64,000 nucleotides of DNA from Candidatus Poseidoniaceae archaeon (GTDB lineage: Archaea > Thermoplasmatota > Poseidoniia > Poseidoniales > Poseidoniaceae): NCBI GenBank assembly GCA_028353405.1, contig JAOMOG010000004.1, positions 8,722-72,721 of the forward strand, written 5' to 3'. Position numbers and translations under genes: made by a program. Positions 9,169 to 19,058 of this stretch are shown here, in pieces. The notes under the pieces are model-generated. The model was not told where the DNA came from. It did no database searches and saw nothing but the letters and a program-made list of their open reading frames with translations. Positions within the stretch are counted from its first letter, which is position 1, and each line of letters opens with the position of its first letter.

Positions 9169-9963
9169 TCACTCAAACGGATCAATCTGGACAATTTGTT
9201 CTACATCAATTCGCTTCAATCCTGCTTCACGAGCTACATATGCTGCTTTGGCTAGCATATTTCTCATCCAGCCCAAAGACATCAAAGTCTTCATCTGATT
9301 AATCGATTCAATGAATTGAACCGGATTGCCACCCAATTGGGCATGCTTTCTTATTTTTGATTCTAAATCTTCAATGACCATGTAATATGTGTCAACCAAT
9401 TCATCTACTGCATCATTAGTAACAGGCATTCTTGCATGCGTTTTGGCTAGTGACATCAAAGAAGAATGGGTCAAAACACCACCACCTTGTGATATTGTAA
9501 ATTCTTCTGTTTCAACCTGGGGAGTAATTGTAATTGAGTCTGAATCTTCTTCACTAAGGTCTAGGCCAGAAATCGCAATTTCTAGATGTCGCGGTTTTAT
9601 TGTTGCTACACGGTCCTTTGTAGCTGCAGCTTCTGCATGCTTTATCAGAATTGATAGATGGGTCTCAACCTGTTCTATGCCCGCCTGAACGGCAGCCGAA
9701 CCTACCGATTCGATATTCCCTAACTGTTCGATCATCAATTCTCGAGTTCTATTGTAATTCAAGCGAGTTCGTTTTGGATCATCTAATGTTTTCCTCTCAG
9801 GGTCTTGAGTCAGTGTTTCAGATTCCATTAGGGGGACTATACGAGCGATTTCAGTACAGGAAAGTTCAACCAAAGTTTGTTTGACATCACCGGATAAACG
9901 CATGTCAGTAAAATTACTTGCAACAGCACCAATGTGTCCTGACGAGTATGGCTTGGCTGGCAT
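9169..9963 (-). CDS. Multi-histone-fold protein (two clear folds plus a third interrupted one)
   Basis: MRLSGDVK...ERKTLDD; SVGSAAV...AEAAATKDRVATIKPRHLEIA; MPVTNDAVDEL...AAYVAREAGLKRIDVEQI. Confidence 0.7.
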   Translation of the reverse strand: MPAKPYSSGHIGAVASNFTDMRLSGDVKQTLVELSCTEIARIVPLMESETLTQDPERKTLDDPKRTRLNYNRTRELMIEQLGNIESVGSAAVQAGIEQVETHLSILIKHAEAAATKDRVATIKPRHLEIAISGLDLSEEDSDSITITPQVETEEFTISQGGGVLTHSSLMSLAKTHARMPVTNDAVDELVDTYYMVIEDLESKIRKHAQLGGNPVQFIESINQMKTLMSLGWMRNMLAKAAYVAREAGLKRIDVEQIVQIDPFE

Positions 9964-10150
9964 ATTGGACTGTCCCCGCAGGTATGCCTTGAACAATGTG
10001 GTTGTTATTGTTGAATAACCCCTCTGCAATCATAAAAATGGCAGGGAATTATCAGTTCAAAGGTTCAAATATTGTTGAAATAAATAATCTATCAAGAAGA
10101 AGGGTTTTGATAAGAGCGACCCTTCGGCTTGACCTGTCGGAGGAGATGTT

Positions 10151-11242
10151 ATGGCAAAGAAGGACACATATCTTGCACTATTACGCCGTGGAATAGACAA
10201 CACCACAGCGCAGACATTAGCCGATTCAGGCTTAAAAATCGGTGATTTAAAGAAAATCGACAAAGATATGTTGGTGGAGAATTATGGGCTCAAGCCAGAT
10301 ATCGCTCAAGGTGTTATTGAAATCATCACCGCAGGCCACACATCACATGGCGCAGAAAGATATCTATCCAAGGTTCTTGCACCGGAGAGAAAGCAAGAAT
10401 CAAAGATTGAAGAAATCAAATTCAAGCGTGAGAGAAAGGACGTTCTTACCGAATTAGCAGAACAAAAGGAACGTCTTAAACTCGCTAAAGTTGAAGCATT
10501 TAGAGAACAGAAACTTGTAATGAATCGACTTGGTAAGACAATTGAATTAATCGTAAAGTTGGAGAACAACTTGTATGATGAGGATAAGAAAGACCAGAAA
10601 GTCAAAATCCGTGACCAATTAGAAACAAGAGGTTTAGAGGCTGCAAGAGATCACGAAATGCTTGATTTGGAAGGAACACCTCAAGATATTGTAGATTTCC
10701 GACGCAATCATGTTCCAGGTTTGATTTTCCACGCATGCTCAGAATGCGGCGATGAAATGGACCCTAGGCAAGCTAGAGATACTGATAAAATGGACGAATG
10801 GGTTTTGATCTGTTGGGAATGTGAAACAAGCTTCGTTCCAGTTTTAGCCGCAATGGTGGAGGAAAGACTCTCCAATGGAACTAGAATCATTATCGATGAA
10901 GAAGCAGGACCACGTAATCCTGTACCTCCAAAGCCGGCAAGTTTGGACTTTACTACAGTCAACAAACAAATCATGCAGGATTTGGAAGAGACCGGTGCTT
11001 CTGCAGATGAGATCTCTAAGGCGGTTGAAGCGAGTGACCTCGTTGGTGGATTAATGGAAATTAATGACTGGATTGACAAGAAACTCGATGCTAAGGATTA
11101 CATCCAAGCTCAAGAAGATCGTGAAGATTTCATTCTTAGAACAGGTGCAGGTGCAACTAAGTTCAACAAATGGATGAAGAAGGCTGGTTTGTTCTTCAAT
11201 AAGCAGACTGGACGTTGGACTCGCCACAAGGATGTTCGTTGA
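10151..11242 (+). CDS. Hypothetical protein: HhH-like N-terminus, coiled coil, Zn ribbon
   Basis: GGAGGAG SD; CSEC...CWEC; basic C-terminus. Confidence 0.75.
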   Translation: MAKKDTYLALLRRGIDNTTAQTLADSGLKIGDLKKIDKDMLVENYGLKPDIAQGVIEIITAGHTSHGAERYLSKVLAPERKQESKIEEIKFKRERKDVLTELAEQKERLKLAKVEAFREQKLVMNRLGKTIELIVKLENNLYDEDKKDQKVKIRDQLETRGLEAARDHEMLDLEGTPQDIVDFRRNHVPGLIFHACSECGDEMDPRQARDTDKMDEWVLICWECETSFVPVLAAMVEERLSNGTRIIIDEEAGPRNPVPPKPASLDFTTVNKQIMQDLEETGASADEISKAVEASDLVGGLMEINDWIDKKLDAKDYIQAQEDREDFILRTGAGATKFNKWMKKAGLFFNKQTGRWTRHKDVR

Positions 11243-11251
11243 GGTGGATTT

Positions 11252-11596
11252 ATGTCCGCAGGGACAGTATCAGCAGAAGTGGGTTTTGGCACACTTGATT
11301 ATGAAGGCGAACCAGTGATTAGGTTCTTACGCGGAATGCACTTGATGGGACAGACTCCATATGTTGAAGGGAAAACATTGGTTGAACATGCCGTTGAAGC
11401 CGGAGTTGAAATTCCAACGAATTGTAAATCAGGTACTTGTGGTTCATGTATGGTTACATTGCTGATGGGCGAGGTACCATTACCATCTCCTCTTCCTCCT
11501 GGCTTAGATGATTTTTTAGTTGATGAAGGTGCAATATTAGGCTGTATTGGATTGCCAAGAGGCGACGTTGATATCGATCTAAGGCCGCCGATTTGA
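11252..11596 (+). CDS. 2Fe-2S ferredoxin-like protein
   Basis: CKSGTCGSC...LGC pattern. Confidence 0.85.
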   Translation: MSAGTVSAEVGFGTLDYEGEPVIRFLRGMHLMGQTPYVEGKTLVEHAVEAGVEIPTNCKSGTCGSCMVTLLMGEVPLPSPLPPGLDDFLVDEGAILGCIGLPRGDVDIDLRPPI

Positions 11597-11605
11597 GGTG
11601 AAATA

Positions 11606-11785
11606 ATGTTTGAGGAATGGGGACTAGAAGAATGGATTATACTTCCTTTTCTAGTGATTGCAGTAGCCATAATTATCTGGTTTCTAAAGCGAAAAATACA
11701 GAGAAAGTTTGACGAAATTGAATTGAGACACCAATTTGAAGCACGCAGAAAAAGACAGCAGCGGTTATTATTAGAGTCGGAATGA
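11606..11785 (+). CDS. Small single-TM protein, 59 aa (below ORF-track cutoff)
   Basis: GAGGTGA SD; MFEEWGLEEWIILPFLVIAVAIIIWFLKRKIQRKFDEIELRHQFEARRKRQQRLLLESE. Confidence 0.65.
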   Translation: MFEEWGLEEWIILPFLVIAVAIIIWFLKRKIQRKFDEIELRHQFEARRKRQQRLLLESE

Positions 11786-11882
11786 TTCAAAGTGTGTTAG
11801 AAATTATTTCTTCAGTCTTGTTGTTAGTGATACAGTGATTGATATACTTGAGCCATTTAGCCTCGTTTGAGGGATATAATAC

Positions 11883-12410
11883 ATGGGAAATATGATTGGA
11901 AAGCCGGCTCCTGAATGGAAAACAACTGCATGCGTGAATGGTGAAAAGAAAGTAGTATCTTCTACTGACTATGTAGGAAAGTGGCACCTAATTTATTGGT
12001 ACCCACTTGATTTCACCTTTATCTGCCCAACAGAAATCGTTGGTTTTGAAGCTCTAAAAGACGAGTTTGCTGATGATGGAATCGAAGTAATCGGTTGTTC
12101 TACTGATTCATACTTCTCACACTCTGCATGGTTTGCTGACAAAGAGATTTTCCCACAAGGTGTTACTCACACAGTTCTTGCAGATACTACACATCAAGTA
12201 ACAAATGGATTCGGAATGATGAACGATGCCTTAGGTGTTGGATTCCGTGGCTGTGTTTTGGTTGATGATGAAGGTAAAGTTCAGATGTGGTCAATTAACA
12301 ATATGGATGCAGGAAGATCACCTTCAGAAGTACTACGTACCTGTCAAGCAACAATGGTTGGCGGACTTTGTGGTGCAAACTGGAAGAAAGGCGACAATTT
12401 CGCTGCTTGA
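11883..12410 (+). CDS. Peroxiredoxin (AhpC/TSA, 2-Cys)
   Basis: YPLDFTFICPTE and LCGANW. Confidence 0.93.
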   Translation: MGNMIGKPAPEWKTTACVNGEKKVVSSTDYVGKWHLIYWYPLDFTFICPTEIVGFEALKDEFADDGIEVIGCSTDSYFSHSAWFADKEIFPQGVTHTVLADTTHQVTNGFGMMNDALGVGFRGCVLVDDEGKVQMWSINNMDAGRSPSEVLRTCQATMVGGLCGANWKKGDNFAA

Positions 12411-12440
12411 TTTTTCAAATCAATCGCAATAGGTGATTCA

Positions 12441-12779
12441 TTGACTGAATTAGAACTTCTCGGCAGAGGTGACTGGGAAGAATTCCTCTCTGCTCCTCTA
12501 GCAGTATTGGTACTTGGCAAAAACGGCTGTGCCGCTTGCGAACAGTGGGCTTTAGATTTACAAGAATGGTTTGAGTCTGGTCAAGCACCCGAAGAGGCAA
12601 AATTTGGGAAATTAATTCTCGATACTCCTGGCCTTGGACGTTTCAAAATAGCCCATCCTTGGGTTTCAGAAGTTGATGTCTTACCATATAATGCGATATA
12701 TGTTGATGGTGAAAGAGTCAAAGAATGGGCTGGTGGAAATATATCTCGCCTAACAAACCGCTTGAATCGATATCTTTGA
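12441..12779 (+). CDS. Thioredoxin-fold protein
   Basis: CAAC, cis-Pro-like VLP, DGERV; AGGTGA SD. Confidence 0.7.
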   Translation: MTELELLGRGDWEEFLSAPLAVLVLGKNGCAACEQWALDLQEWFESGQAPEEAKFGKLILDTPGLGRFKIAHPWVSEVDVLPYNAIYVDGERVKEWAGGNISRLTNRLNRYL

Positions 12780-12832
12780 AATGAGTTTCCAAATATAACT
12801 TAGGTCGTGATTTTATTCTCGGACAATCCGTT

Positions 12833-13651
12833 TTGATTTCTGCTCTATTCGCAGGAATTGTAGCCACACTAGTGACGGTGGCGATAGAAAAATGGGGAGG
12901 GCTAACCGGTGGTATATTAGGAACAGTTCCTTCAACAATTGTCCCTGCAGCTGCTGGAATGTATTTGGCTGGAGGAGAAGCTGCATTGATTGAAAGTATG
13001 GCGATAATTCCGCTTGGAATGCTTGTCAATGGTCTCTTTTTGACAGTATGGATTATTCTCCCACCACTTCTCTCACAAAGAAAAAGGCCTCTAACCATCA
13101 CCACGATTTCAGCATTATTAATTTGGACTTTTAGTGCAATTATTATGTTAAAAATCGCGAGTATTGCATTAGGGGAGAATCTATCGGCAATTAATTTAGG
13201 ATTTATTGGTCTGTTTTTGCTGATATTGTTATCTGTAATTATAAATTGGAAAAATACAGAAACACCGAAAGGAAAACATCCAGTTTCTATTTTTGTCTTA
13301 ATATGTAGGGGATTAGCCGCTGCAATCGCTATTGGTTTTGCAGTTTGGCTATCAGGGCAAGGTCAACCATTGATCGCTGGTATAGCGGCAGTATTCCCTG
13401 CAATTTTCTTAACCAGCATGGTGGCATTATGGATGGCGCAAGGTCCAACAGTACCTCGTGGTGCAGCAGGACCGATGATGTTAGGGGGTGCAAGTGTCGC
13501 AGTATATGCGATAGTCAGTATCTGGTCATTACCTGAATTTGGGGTGCTTATCGGTTCTATCATCGCATGGCTTATCGCAGTAATTGGATGGTCGGTACCA
13601 GCATTTATTGTGCTAAGTAAGCGTAATTCAATTACCGATTCAGTATCCTAG
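12833..13651 (+). CDS. Multi-pass membrane protein with two internal repeats
   Basis: About 8 TM helices; GGILGTVP / AGIAAVFP repeated halves. Confidence 0.7.
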   Translation: MISALFAGIVATLVTVAIEKWGGLTGGILGTVPSTIVPAAAGMYLAGGEAALIESMAIIPLGMLVNGLFLTVWIILPPLLSQRKRPLTITTISALLIWTFSAIIMLKIASIALGENLSAINLGFIGLFLLILLSVIINWKNTETPKGKHPVSIFVLICRGLAAAIAIGFAVWLSGQGQPLIAGIAAVFPAIFLTSMVALWMAQGPTVPRGAAGPMMLGGASVAVYAIVSIWSLPEFGVLIGSIIAWLIAVIGWSVPAFIVLSKRNSITDSVS

Positions 13652-13931
13652 TCCAGCGTTCAGAAGCGGGTACATCGACAATAGTGAATTGTACAAAAGT
13701 CACACCCTTCACTTCACAAATCTTCTTGCGTAATGAATCTAAATCCAAAAGGCAGCAAGGGCAATGCGGTCGTGATGGTTTTATTGTGAGATTAGTTTCA
13801 CCATCTTCTGCGATATCTATTGCTTGAATGATATCTGATTGTGTCAATCCAACCGATTGGTGCGGGTCTTTCCAATCGGATAATAAACGAACAACACGAC
13901 GTTTTAAGGCGTTATGTTTTCGTTTAGACAT
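13632..13931 (-). CDS. DUF59/SufT-like small protein
   Basis: KDPH...TIKPSRPHCP pattern resembling DPE...T-x3-CP. Confidence 0.5.
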   Translation of the reverse strand: MSKRKHNALKRRVVRLLSDWKDPHQSVGLTQSDIIQAIDIAEDGETNLTIKPSRPHCPCCLLDLDSLRKKICEVKGVTFVQFTIVDVPASERWTRILNR

Positions 13932-13939
13932 CTAAATCC

Positions 13940-14152
13940 TTATCCTTTAATCTTTGAATTAATTTCTTCTAAACTAAGTTCGGCGAGGCGGCCTTCAGCA
14001 GCATCTAACTCATGTTGACAAACCTTCAGTAATGCCGCCCCTTCTTCAAACATCGCCAATGTTTCATCAAGACTTTTTCCTCCTTTCTCTAATTCAGAAA
14101 CTATAGTTTCCAATCTAGATACCGCTTCATTATAACTTATTTTTTCACTCAT
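13940..14152 (-). CDS. xseB: Exodeoxyribonuclease VII small subunit
   Basis: SYNEAVSRLETIVSELE...LDETLAMFEEG; adjacent to xseA. Confidence 0.93.
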   Translation of the reverse strand: MSEKISYNEAVSRLETIVSELEKGGKSLDETLAMFEEGAALLKVCQHELDAAEGRLAELSLEEINSKIKG

Positions 14153-15408
14153 TTTTCATCACTCTCAATAATTTCCTTGATGTCAGCAAGCGCTGATCCA
14201 TCTGCAAAAGTCATAGTAATTTCTTGTCCTGAAGAAATATTCTTTACACTACTCAGAACCTCTCCATACTTTGTTTGCGCCATTGAATAACCTCTTTCAA
14301 GTACGCGCTTTGGATGTGATGATTGTAGTATCGCTCCGATATGAGTCAGCCGAGCCTTTTCACCGGAAAGCATTCTTTGGGCAGAACCCTTGATACGCAT
14401 TTCCATGCCATTCAATCTGTCCTTAGCCTTTGACAATCCTGCTAATGGCGCCAAACGTAATCTAGCTGTAAGTGAAACTAGATGTTGGCGAGATTCTCCA
14501 AATCTTCGCAATACTGAATTTTCAAGCCGCCCCTCGATATCATCAAGCCACATCAACAAAGAACTCTTTTCTGGTACGCATCGTTCGATGGCATCCGAAG
14601 GGGTGGAGGCACGTAAATCTGCTACCAAATCGGAAACTAACATATCAGATTCATGCCCGATGGCAGATATTACCGGTACTGGGCTGGCAATAATTGCGCG
14701 AGCCACCGCTTCAAGATTGAATGCCCACAAATCTTCTGGCGAACCTCCACCGCGAGCGACAATAATCAAATCAACAATAGGTTGTTGTAATTTTTTTGCA
14801 ATTTCGGGTTTACACATTTCTCTCGCAGTGGCTAATGCTTGGCAAATTTCAGAAGCCGAATTATCTCCTTGAACAGTTACCCCGAGGATTGTTCGGCGTA
14901 GCCCAGGCCAACGGTTTTCAATCAATCTCTGCATATCGGATAATGCAGCTGAAGCAGAGCCGGTGATGATAACAATGTGTTTTGGAATTAGTGGAATCGG
15001 CAGACGTACTCTATCGAGTGAACCATCATCACGTAGTTCGCCAATCAACTTTCGTCGGGTTTCTTCCAATGCTCCAACACTACTAATCGGTTCAATTTTT
15101 TCAACATTAAGAGTCATGCTCCCTCTTGGAGCATAGATGTCAATACTGGCGATAACAACAACTTCACTTCCATTCTTTATCGTACTATCAATATGGCATC
15201 TATTCTTCCAAATAGCACAATTCATTTGCCCTTGGTCATCTCTTAGATCAAAATAAGTATGTCCAGAACGCGCAAGTTTCATCCCACTGACTTCACCTTT
15301 CAATACTTGATGTTGAAACAAAGGGTCTCGTTTCAAAGTAGATTTTACTAAAGCAACAAATTGACCGATGGGGATTGGGCCTGTAGTAACCTCGGCACCC
15401 CTTGACAT
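14149..15408 (-). CDS. xseA: Exodeoxyribonuclease VII large subunit
   Basis: GEVS, SGHTYFDLRD, ARGGGSPEDLWAFN, SAIGHESD, STPS, LERGYS. Confidence 0.96.
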   Translation of the reverse strand: MSRGAEVTTGPIPIGQFVALVKSTLKRDPLFQHQVLKGEVSGMKLARSGHTYFDLRDDQGQMNCAIWKNRCHIDSTIKNGSEVVVIASIDIYAPRGSMTLNVEKIEPISSVGALEETRRKLIGELRDDGSLDRVRLPIPLIPKHIVIITGSASAALSDMQRLIENRWPGLRRTILGVTVQGDNSASEICQALATAREMCKPEIAKKLQQPIVDLIIVARGGGSPEDLWAFNLEAVARAIIASPVPVISAIGHESDMLVSDLVADLRASTPSDAIERCVPEKSSLLMWLDDIEGRLENSVLRRFGESRQHLVSLTARLRLAPLAGLSKAKDRLNGMEMRIKGSAQRMLSGEKARLTHIGAILQSSHPKRVLERGYSMAQTKYGEVLSSVKNISSGQEITMTFADGSALADIKEIIESDEK

Positions 15409-15457
15409 ATTAGTGACAATAAGCCAATGGTTCTTCAACTATCGGTTGAAAATTGAT

Positions 15458-16459
15458 TCACTTCTTGGTGAAGGTATTCAACCAACCACGACGCCAAAAC
15501 ATTGTCAACATCAATATTGCGAATACGGTCATCATACTGATTATACCCCAAAACCCACCAACCTGATCTAGAGGCAAGTCATTATTGTTCATACCGAAGA
15601 TTCCAGCGATTAATGTCAATGGAAGCATAATCGCACCGATTATTGTTAGTGTTGTCATGACTTCAGTTAATTGTGCATTAGATTGTGATAATTCCATTGA
15701 GATATTGGAAAGATACGTGTCTCTTGTTGAAGTTGCACCTGCAGAATAGTTGTTGGCTCTCTTTACTAATGCGGTACAGAGTTGGTTCAGATCGGAGAAG
15801 TAGATTGCCACTCCAGCAGAGATTAGTTTCAACTTTTGATTTTGCATTCGCAAAGTAACGGTATGAAGAGATTCAATCGATTTACTCGCTTCACGAAGTT
15901 GTCGCTTCAAATTATGCAACCCTTCCAGTAAGTTCTCATATTGTTTCTGAGGGTCGAAAACACAAAACTCCAATTCATCTAAAGTTTTTGAATAGCGTCC
16001 TAGAATCGGTTGCCAGTCATCAGCAATAGCATCTAATATCTCATACAGTAAAAAATCAATTCCAAGTGCGAGTTCTTCCTCTTCAGCTTCCTTGAATCTC
16101 CGACGGAATTTCATTAGAGCAGGAATACTTGTATGTCGTACAGTAATTATCAAATCATTGGTTATAAAAATCGCAACCGGTTCAGTGTCTAGTTGATTGT
16201 CAGCATCACGTGCATTAACAACGACGAAACGATGGTTACTAAATTTCATTGCAGTAGTATCTGCGTGTCCAAAAATATCTTCAACTGCAAGTTCATCAAA
16301 GTGCATTACATTGAGCAAAAAGTCCTTCACTGAATTATCAGGCTTCTTGATATCTAGCCACGCTAAACCCTTGCCTTCGATAGCATCAACTATCGTTTCA
16401 AGGGTGAAGGCTTCAGTATCAATGATACCAGAAGCCGTCTGTAAACGCAACTCGGACAT
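15458..16459 (-). CDS. corA: CorA-family Mg2+/Co2+ transporter
   Basis: Two C-terminal TMs with IFGMN motif; start trimmed to MSELR to avoid overlap with ksgA. Confidence 0.92.
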   Translation of the reverse strand: MSELRLQTASGIIDTEAFTLETIVDAIEGKGLAWLDIKKPDNSVKDFLLNVMHFDELAVEDIFGHADTTAMKFSNHRFVVVNARDADNQLDTEPVAIFITNDLIITVRHTSIPALMKFRRRFKEAEEEELALGIDFLLYEILDAIADDWQPILGRYSKTLDELEFCVFDPQKQYENLLEGLHNLKRQLREASKSIESLHTVTLRMQNQKLKLISAGVAIYFSDLNQLCTALVKRANNYSAGATSTRDTYLSNISMELSQSNAQLTEVMTTLTIIGAIMLPLTLIAGIFGMNNNDLPLDQVGGFWGIISMMTVFAILMLTMFWRRGWLNTFTKK

Positions 16460-16508
16460 TATTCTGCGGTGCGCCGCCTCTCTTCTAACAGTTGCGTGGA
16501 TAGAAAAT

Positions 16509-17384
16509 TTACTCTTCTTCGCCAAAGGAAGAAAAATCATTTGCCAACTGTAGCCAGTCATCAAATTCAAACTCTTCCGGTCTAGCATCCATTCTTTCAT
16601 CTTCAATAAATGCAGAATATGCCGCTTTCCATCTAGAAGAATGCCACCCAGGTAGGCGATTCAATCTTTTCGGCGCACGCTTTAAGGTTGAACGTAATTT
16701 CTTCCTTCTCTCTGCAAATCCAGCATGAATTAGCAATCGTACAAGTCGTTTGTCACAAGGAAATTCCTCTTGCTGAGGAGTCATGTGGATATAGCGAGAG
16801 TGAACTCTTGGATTAGGGCTGAAATTATGCGGTGCGACTTTATCTTCAATTTCACTATTCCAATCCAGTAGGGCAGTCATCCCAAGTGAACCAACATCAG
16901 ATTCGTATTCCATCACCAACCTTTCAGCAAATTCTTCTTGAACTAATACTACTACATCAGAGATTTCTTCAGTATGAGGATTTCTTAGATGGCGGGTTAG
17001 TAATTCAATCAAGGGTGATGAAATCTGATATGGGATATTTGCTACAACTTTACTCAAATCGTTAGGCCAATCTGAGATTAATGCATCACCACAAATCAAA
17101 TCTAATTGTCCAGATTTAATCTCGGGTGCGAAAGCACCACGCAAGTGATCAATAGCGACCTCATCAATTTCTATTGCTGTTAATCTACATCCAGTCTCAA
17201 GTAGAACTTCAGTAAGAACGCCAGGACCAGGACCAATCTCGAGAACATGGTCGTTTGAATTAACTTCAGCGAGTTCAACTGCACGAGATATTAGTTCGTC
17301 AGAAATCAAGTAATGTTGCCCTAATGATTTGTCAATATCTTGCTTTGCACGCAAAGAATCGACTAGCCAGCGGGCTCCTCTCAT
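16509..17384 (-). CDS. rsmA: 16S rRNA m6,2A dimethyltransferase
   Basis: LGQHYL, LEIGPGPG, VANIPYQIS, RRKKL, RPEE. Confidence 0.95.
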   Translation of the reverse strand: MRGARWLVDSLRAKQDIDKSLGQHYLISDELISRAVELAEVNSNDHVLEIGPGPGVLTEVLLETGCRLTAIEIDEVAIDHLRGAFAPEIKSGQLDLICGDALISDWPNDLSKVVANIPYQISSPLIELLTRHLRNPHTEEISDVVVLVQEEFAERLVMEYESDVGSLGMTALLDWNSEIEDKVAPHNFSPNPRVHSRYIHMTPQQEEFPCDKRLVRLLIHAGFAERRKKLRSTLKRAPKRLNRLPGWHSSRWKAAYSAFIEDERMDARPEEFEFDDWLQLANDFSSFGEEE

Positions 17385-18238
17385 GCTTTCACCGGAAGCA
17401 AGAGGTCAACTAAGCGTGGTTCAATGTTTTGGTCTTCTATCTCATTGATGAAGCGCTTTGCCAGTAATTCAGCAGCATCAATATTACAGGATTGATTTAG
17501 TGCATCCATACTTTTGAATCCAGATGAACCTCTTTCTTGAACCATACTTTGTGCCTTTTTATTGCCAACACTAGGAAGAAGTTCAAACGCATGTTGTTTT
17601 AGAGAAAGGTTGCCAGCGACATTGAAAAATGACTTGACGAAATGATCAGAGTTGTCTTCAATAAATAATTGAATCACCAGTGGCATATCTTGACGAGCAA
17701 AGTTGCTCATGAGGTCAAGTTTTGCCCCTCCGACGTAGGAATCAACTTGAATTTTCTTGGATTCATCAAGTCCAATATAGATTCTATCAGTAGGGTTTAG
17801 TGGTGCAATTCCCTTCTTTGCTGAGAGTCTGCACATGAATAGTTTACCTTCTGTTATTGCAGTAATAATGCCTTCAACAGTATCGTGCTCTATGACACGA
17901 GCCCAATTTTCTCCCTCAATAGGAGAAGGTCTTTGTGGAGAGTTTCTTGAATCTTGGTTTCTTCCGCCAGAACGGTTTCCACCTCTATTATTGCCTCTTG
18001 GGTTAGAACGGTTTTGATTTCTAGCTCCTTGGCTAGTATTCCTTCCACTTTGTTTATTGTTTGAACGATTATCATTCTGTGAAGTTTCTTTCTTTATTTG
18101 CACAGGCTTCGCTTTAGGAGTCACAGGAACTGCGGCTCGCCCTTCTGCCGGTCGAGAAATATCTGTACTCTGCACTGATTCACTTTTGCTCTTACGAGCA
18201 GGAATCTTTGTTTTACGGTCACGATTAATGCCGCTCAT
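17381..18238 (-). CDS. DUF655 putative RNA-binding protein with long disordered N/R/G-rich N-terminus
   Basis: FFN...HAFELLPSVGNK HhH; position in the conserved rpo4-DUF655-ksgA cluster. Confidence 0.85.
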   Translation of the reverse strand: MSGINRDRKTKIPARKSKSESVQSTDISRPAEGRAAVPVTPKAKPVQIKKETSQNDNRSNNKQSGRNTSQGARNQNRSNPRGNNRGGNRSGGRNQDSRNSPQRPSPIEGENWARVIEHDTVEGIITAITEGKLFMCRLSAKKGIAPLNPTDRIYIGLDESKKIQVDSYVGGAKLDLMSNFARQDMPLVIQLFIEDNSDHFVKSFFNVAGNLSLKQHAFELLPSVGNKKAQSMVQERGSSGFKSMDALNQSCNIDAAELLAKRFINEIEDQNIEPRLVDLLLPVKA

Positions 18239-18265
18239 TTCAACGCCTCAGAGGTGGGTGGTAAG

Positions 18266-18631
18266 TTATTCTTCAAATCCAATATGTTGGCGGACTATTT
18301 CTAAAATAGCGGAAACATCACTATCATCTACTGTGATACGACGGCTTGCAAGAACAGCCTTGACATCCCCAGGGTATAGCGGCATTAATTCCGCTAATTT
18401 TGCAGCGAGTGCTGGATGCGGGGATAGAAGTTCAGTTTCAGCTAAAGCAACACGTAGAGATTCAAAGACCTCTGGAGTAGTTAGGTAGCCATTACGGTTA
18501 GTACTAGCAGCCCATTCTGCATGTTGTAGAGCAGCCTTTTGCTCGTATGTTAGTGCATTACGGCGCTCTTGAGCGCTCAACAGCATATCTCGGACAGTTG
18601 CAAAGTCAACAAAATTTTCTTCTTCAGTCAT
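18266..18631 (-). CDS. rpo4: RNA polymerase subunit Rpo4 (RpoF)
   Basis: LTYEQKAALQHA, AAKLAELMP; synteny. Confidence 0.9.
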   Translation of the reverse strand: MTEEENFVDFATVRDMLLSAQERRNALTYEQKAALQHAEWAASTNRNGYLTTPEVFESLRVALAETELLSPHPALAAKLAELMPLYPGDVKAVLASRRITVDDSDVSAILEIVRQHIGFEE

Positions 18632-18636
18632 TGTAA

Positions 18637-18927
18637 TCACTCAAGTGGGCGTAGGTGTTCAGGTCGTGCAATCACAGTCTTCTGCATGTTGCCGTCTTTA
18701 ACAGCAACAATCCATGCAACTCCTTGACGGCGTTCAATAAATCCAGTGCGGCCGTGGAAACGGCGGTGAGGCATACCCATTTGTTGGCCACCGTCTAGAA
18801 CGATAGCAACACGGTCACCTTCTTCGTATTGGTGCATTACGCGGCTAATATTTAGCTGGCTTCTCTCGCTCTTTCTACGGCGTAGCATACTGCGTGTTCC
18901 TTGACGTGAACCCTTTGATCGCTTCAT
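18637..18927 (-). CDS. rpl21e: 50S ribosomal protein eL21
   Basis: GMPHRRFHGRTG, RPEHL; GGAGGT SD. Confidence 0.96.
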   Translation of the reverse strand: MKRSKGSRQGTRSMLRRRKSERSQLNISRVMHQYEEGDRVAIVLDGGQQMGMPHRRFHGRTGFIERRQGVAWIVAVKDGNMQKTVIARPEHLRPLE

Positions 18928-19058
18928 GATGGTGACCTCCAATTAATCCGAACTAGCAATAACGCATCTTCGGAACACTTCGGCGACCTGCCATCGCCAT
19001 ATAAAAACCGCGACGCGCTAATAAGTCTCTCAAAGGGTGATTGCTTAGCAATTAAGCC

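Noticed and set aside
16460..16606. ORF-track N-terminal extension of CorA overlapping ksgA
   Set aside because: Longest-ORF artefact; MSELR at 16459 is the plausible start
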